IMG/VR virus record: IMGVR_UViG_3300043103_000174
Span: 1 to 25,615 of that record
Reading direction: 5' to 3' (one strand)
Origin: a virus
Lineage: Duplodnaviria > Caudoviricetes
DNA: 25,615 nt
The notes under the pieces were generated by a model that was not told the DNA's origin, searched no databases, and worked only from the letters and a program-made list of their open reading frames with translations. Shown here piece by piece: positions 23,656 through 25,615 of this stretch. Position 1 is the stretch's first letter. Each line of letters begins with the position of its first letter. The position numbers and the translations under genes were made by a program.

Positions 23656-23683
23656 GGTAGTATTGTTTTTGGTAAATATATAA

Positions 23684-23929
23684 TTATTTTTTTGATTTTA
23701 ATACAACCGCATCAAAATTAAATGAGTTTAATTCATCAATCCTAAATTCCTGTAATTTACTTAACACTCCATTTATTGCTTTGACTTCAATAAATAAAGG
23801 TTTTTCTTTATCTTTTAAACACAACAAGTCTGGAATACCAACTTTATTAGTTCTAATTAATTTTAAGACATACCAACCCTTAGCTTCATATTCTTTAATG
23901 ATTTTAGTTTGATATTGTTGTTCTGTCAT
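23684..23929 (-). CDS. VRR-NUC domain nuclease (start reassigned to MTEQQYQ)
   Basis: E...Q, GIPDL, FIEVK, G.LS.LQ PD-(D/E)xK motif; adjacent to the helicase. Confidence 0.9.
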   Translation of the reverse strand: MTEQQYQTKIIKEYEAKGWYVLKLIRTNKVGIPDLLCLKDKEKPLFIEVKAINGVLSKLQEFRIDELNSFNFDAVVLKSKK

Positions 23930-25127
23930 TTTCAAAGATTTTAAGTGTATAATTTTTCTTATTTGATACTGCTTTATAAATTTTATCTTCAATCCCATTT
24001 TCAGAAAATATCCAATAAATGTTATTAGTTAACCTATCCATTGTAGTTAATCTGTCTCTGGACTGCCAGTAAGATAATGAGCTGAAGTCAATGTTATAAT
24101 AAACTAAATACTTAGCCTTACTTAATGAAATACCCTCACGTCCACTTACAATTTGTAAAGCAATGGATTTGTTGGTAGTATTAAACTCATCTAAGTCTTC
24201 TGTTAAATCATTACCATAAATAGTTTTTAAAGCATAATATTCGGCTTTAAATTTATAAAAAATAGCTATCTTATCTTTAAACCTATCTTTAATAAATATA
24301 GCCTTGCTATTATCAATAACCATAGTTTCTCCACTTTCAAATTTTACAGTTCCAGAATATAGCTGATGTAATTTTGATAAAAGTTTAACTGATGTGTCGG
24401 CAAGTATTACTTCATTTTTACCCTGCACTACCTTATCTTTTTTTAAACGTTGAATTAAAGAATAAGTATAATCAGACATCTTAACTCTTAATATATTTTC
24501 TTTTACTTCGGTAGTAAATCCAGCTTGTTGTTGGGTGTAAGTAATAAATAGATTATCCATGAAAGTTTTAATCTTATCATAGTTACAATTAGAGTAATCA
24601 TTTACTTTTGCATATCCAAAATTCTTTTGAGTAATATCAACAAATACATTAGCAAACTTATAAAAGTTAGGATAAAATTTAAATGGAGAATAATGGCTAA
24701 CCCAAAACTGATGGTATATTTGAGAGAATGATTCGGGATGTGGAGTTCCTGAAAGGTAAATCATTGGTTTAATAGCAAAGCGTTGTTTAATTAGTTTAGC
24801 AGTTTTATTAGGCTTTGGATAAGTTCCAAGTCTATGAGCTTCGTCAATTATAATTAAGTCATAGTTACCATTATCTAAATGCAATGATTCATTATTTATA
24901 ACATTGATGTTAAATGTATACCCAAACTTATTATAGTCGCTTAGGATTGACTTAATAGCTTTTTTCTTAGTAAGAAATAAAACACTTTCTGCACCGTATA
25001 ACTTAGCAATTTCCAATGAAGTAATTGTTTTGCCTGTTCTAACTTCCATAGCAAGGTAAACTAAATTATGATTAGTAAGTATTTCAACTCCTTTATTTGC
25101 TATTTCTAATTGATAGTCTCTTAACAT
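23904..25127 (-). CDS. SF2 (SNF2-like/DEAH) helicase
   Basis: LRDYQ Q-motif, RTGKT Walker A, IIDEAH, LSGTP, GREGISL, QSRDR. Confidence 0.92.
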   Translation of the reverse strand: MLRDYQLEIANKGVEILTNHNLVYLAMEVRTGKTITSLEIAKLYGAESVLFLTKKKAIKSILSDYNKFGYTFNINVINNESLHLDNGNYDLIIIDEAHRLGTYPKPNKTAKLIKQRFAIKPMIYLSGTPHPESFSQIYHQFWVSHYSPFKFYPNFYKFANVFVDITQKNFGYAKVNDYSNCNYDKIKTFMDNLFITYTQQQAGFTTEVKENILRVKMSDYTYSLIQRLKKDKVVQGKNEVILADTSVKLLSKLHQLYSGTVKFESGETMVIDNSKAIFIKDRFKDKIAIFYKFKAEYYALKTIYGNDLTEDLDEFNTTNKSIALQIVSGREGISLSKAKYLVYYNIDFSSLSYWQSRDRLTTMDRLTNNIYWIFSENGIEDKIYKAVSNKKNYTLKIFENDRTTISN

Positions 25128-25128
25128 A

Positions 25129-25615
25129 TTAAAATGGTTTATCAGTTACTAATTCAATATATCTTTGTCCCATACTATCCTGTCCTTTGTTTATATCAAT
25201 ATTATTAAATTCTGCATACTTTTCAACCCAACTCCAAAAACGCTTTGTTGATAGGTTATATTTTTTAAAGTCTGGATACTCTTCTATAAATAGATTAAAT
25301 ACCATGTTTTTGTTTAACCTTTCATTTTCTTTTAAAGTTTCTTTATTTGCCCACTCATAGAACTCAAATGAAGTTTCTTTAATATATTTTCTAATCTCTA
25401 AATTAACATATTCATAAGTAATTAAACCATTTACTAAATACATTTGAATGCAAGTAATCATATAATTATAGAACTTTAACCATTCGTTATAATCCCATTC
25501 GTCAAAAAACATCCTTCCAAATTCATTTAAAGGAGTGTGCTTATGGCTAAAATGACTACTAAATTCAACTTCCCATTTACGTCTCTCAAATGATCCACCT
25601 ACACCACCAACTGTA
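25129..25615 (-). CDS. C-terminal part of primase-associated (SF3/D5-like) helicase, 5'-truncated by the window
   Basis: Frame stays open to the window edge: TVGGVGGSFERRKWEVEFSSHF...TPLNEFGRMFFDEW (arginine-finger region). Confidence 0.75.
   Translation of the reverse strand, partial: TVGGVGGSFERRKWEVEFSSHFSHKHTPLNEFGRMFFDEWDYNEWLKFYNYMITCIQMYLVNGLITYEYVNLEIRKYIKETSFEFYEWANKETLKENERLNKNMVFNLFIEEYPDFKKYNLSTKRFWSWVEKYAEFNNIDINKGQDSMGQRYIELVTDKPF

Noticed and set aside
24173-24182. Fourth AATACTACCA copy (- strand)
   Set aside because: Inside the helicase coding sequence (codons N-T-T-N) and not at a start codon; may be chance, so not counted as a regulatory site
1-25615. Stop-codon reassignment (as in some Bacteroidota phages)
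   Set aside because: Genes tile densely under the standard code, and TAG and TGA terminate genes at sensible coupled junctions
1-25615. tRNA, rRNA, integrase, transposase, intron/intein or defence genes
   Set aside because: None recognisable; remaining intergenic gaps are too short or are explained by small ORFs and signals; TerL and helicase are of normal length

Overview
AT-rich (roughly 30% GC by eye), gene-dense segment of a tailed dsDNA phage (Caudoviricetes, siphovirus-type tail genes). The host is very probably a Bacteroidota/Flavobacteriia: a DUF3127-type SSB, TAnnTTTG promoter boxes, and A-rich start regions without Shine-Dalgarno sites. Positions 77-2579 (+) hold early/recombination genes (DUF3127 SSB, ERF annealase, Gp157). 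Positions 2554-25615 (-) form one long co-oriented block. In transcription order it runs: primase-helicase C-terminus, SF2 helicase, VRR-NUC, ECF-like sigma factor, small ORFs, TerS, TerL, tail chaperone with a -1 frameshift, tail proteins, tape measure, XkdF-type protease, scaffold, major capsid, major tail, portal, adaptor, tail completion, fibre, lysis cassette. The most notable signals are: (1) a promoter-led ~90-nt leader RNA at 1245-1335 whose hairpin loop GUGGUA(G) is complementary to a repeated AATACTACCA element in its own 5' end and over the start codons of two distant genes, reminiscent of P1 C4 / P4 CI antisense immunity RNAs; (2) three copies of a bipartite GTCCCTT-N14/15-TACTTTAA motif heading the structural operons, the likely promoter of the phage sigma; (3) a relocated gpG/gpGT-type frameshift; (4) a portal with winged-helix-like and MuF-like C-terminal additions; (5) several translationally coupled micro-ORFs missed by the ORF track. 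All protein-family calls are from motif recognition by eye; no database search was run.
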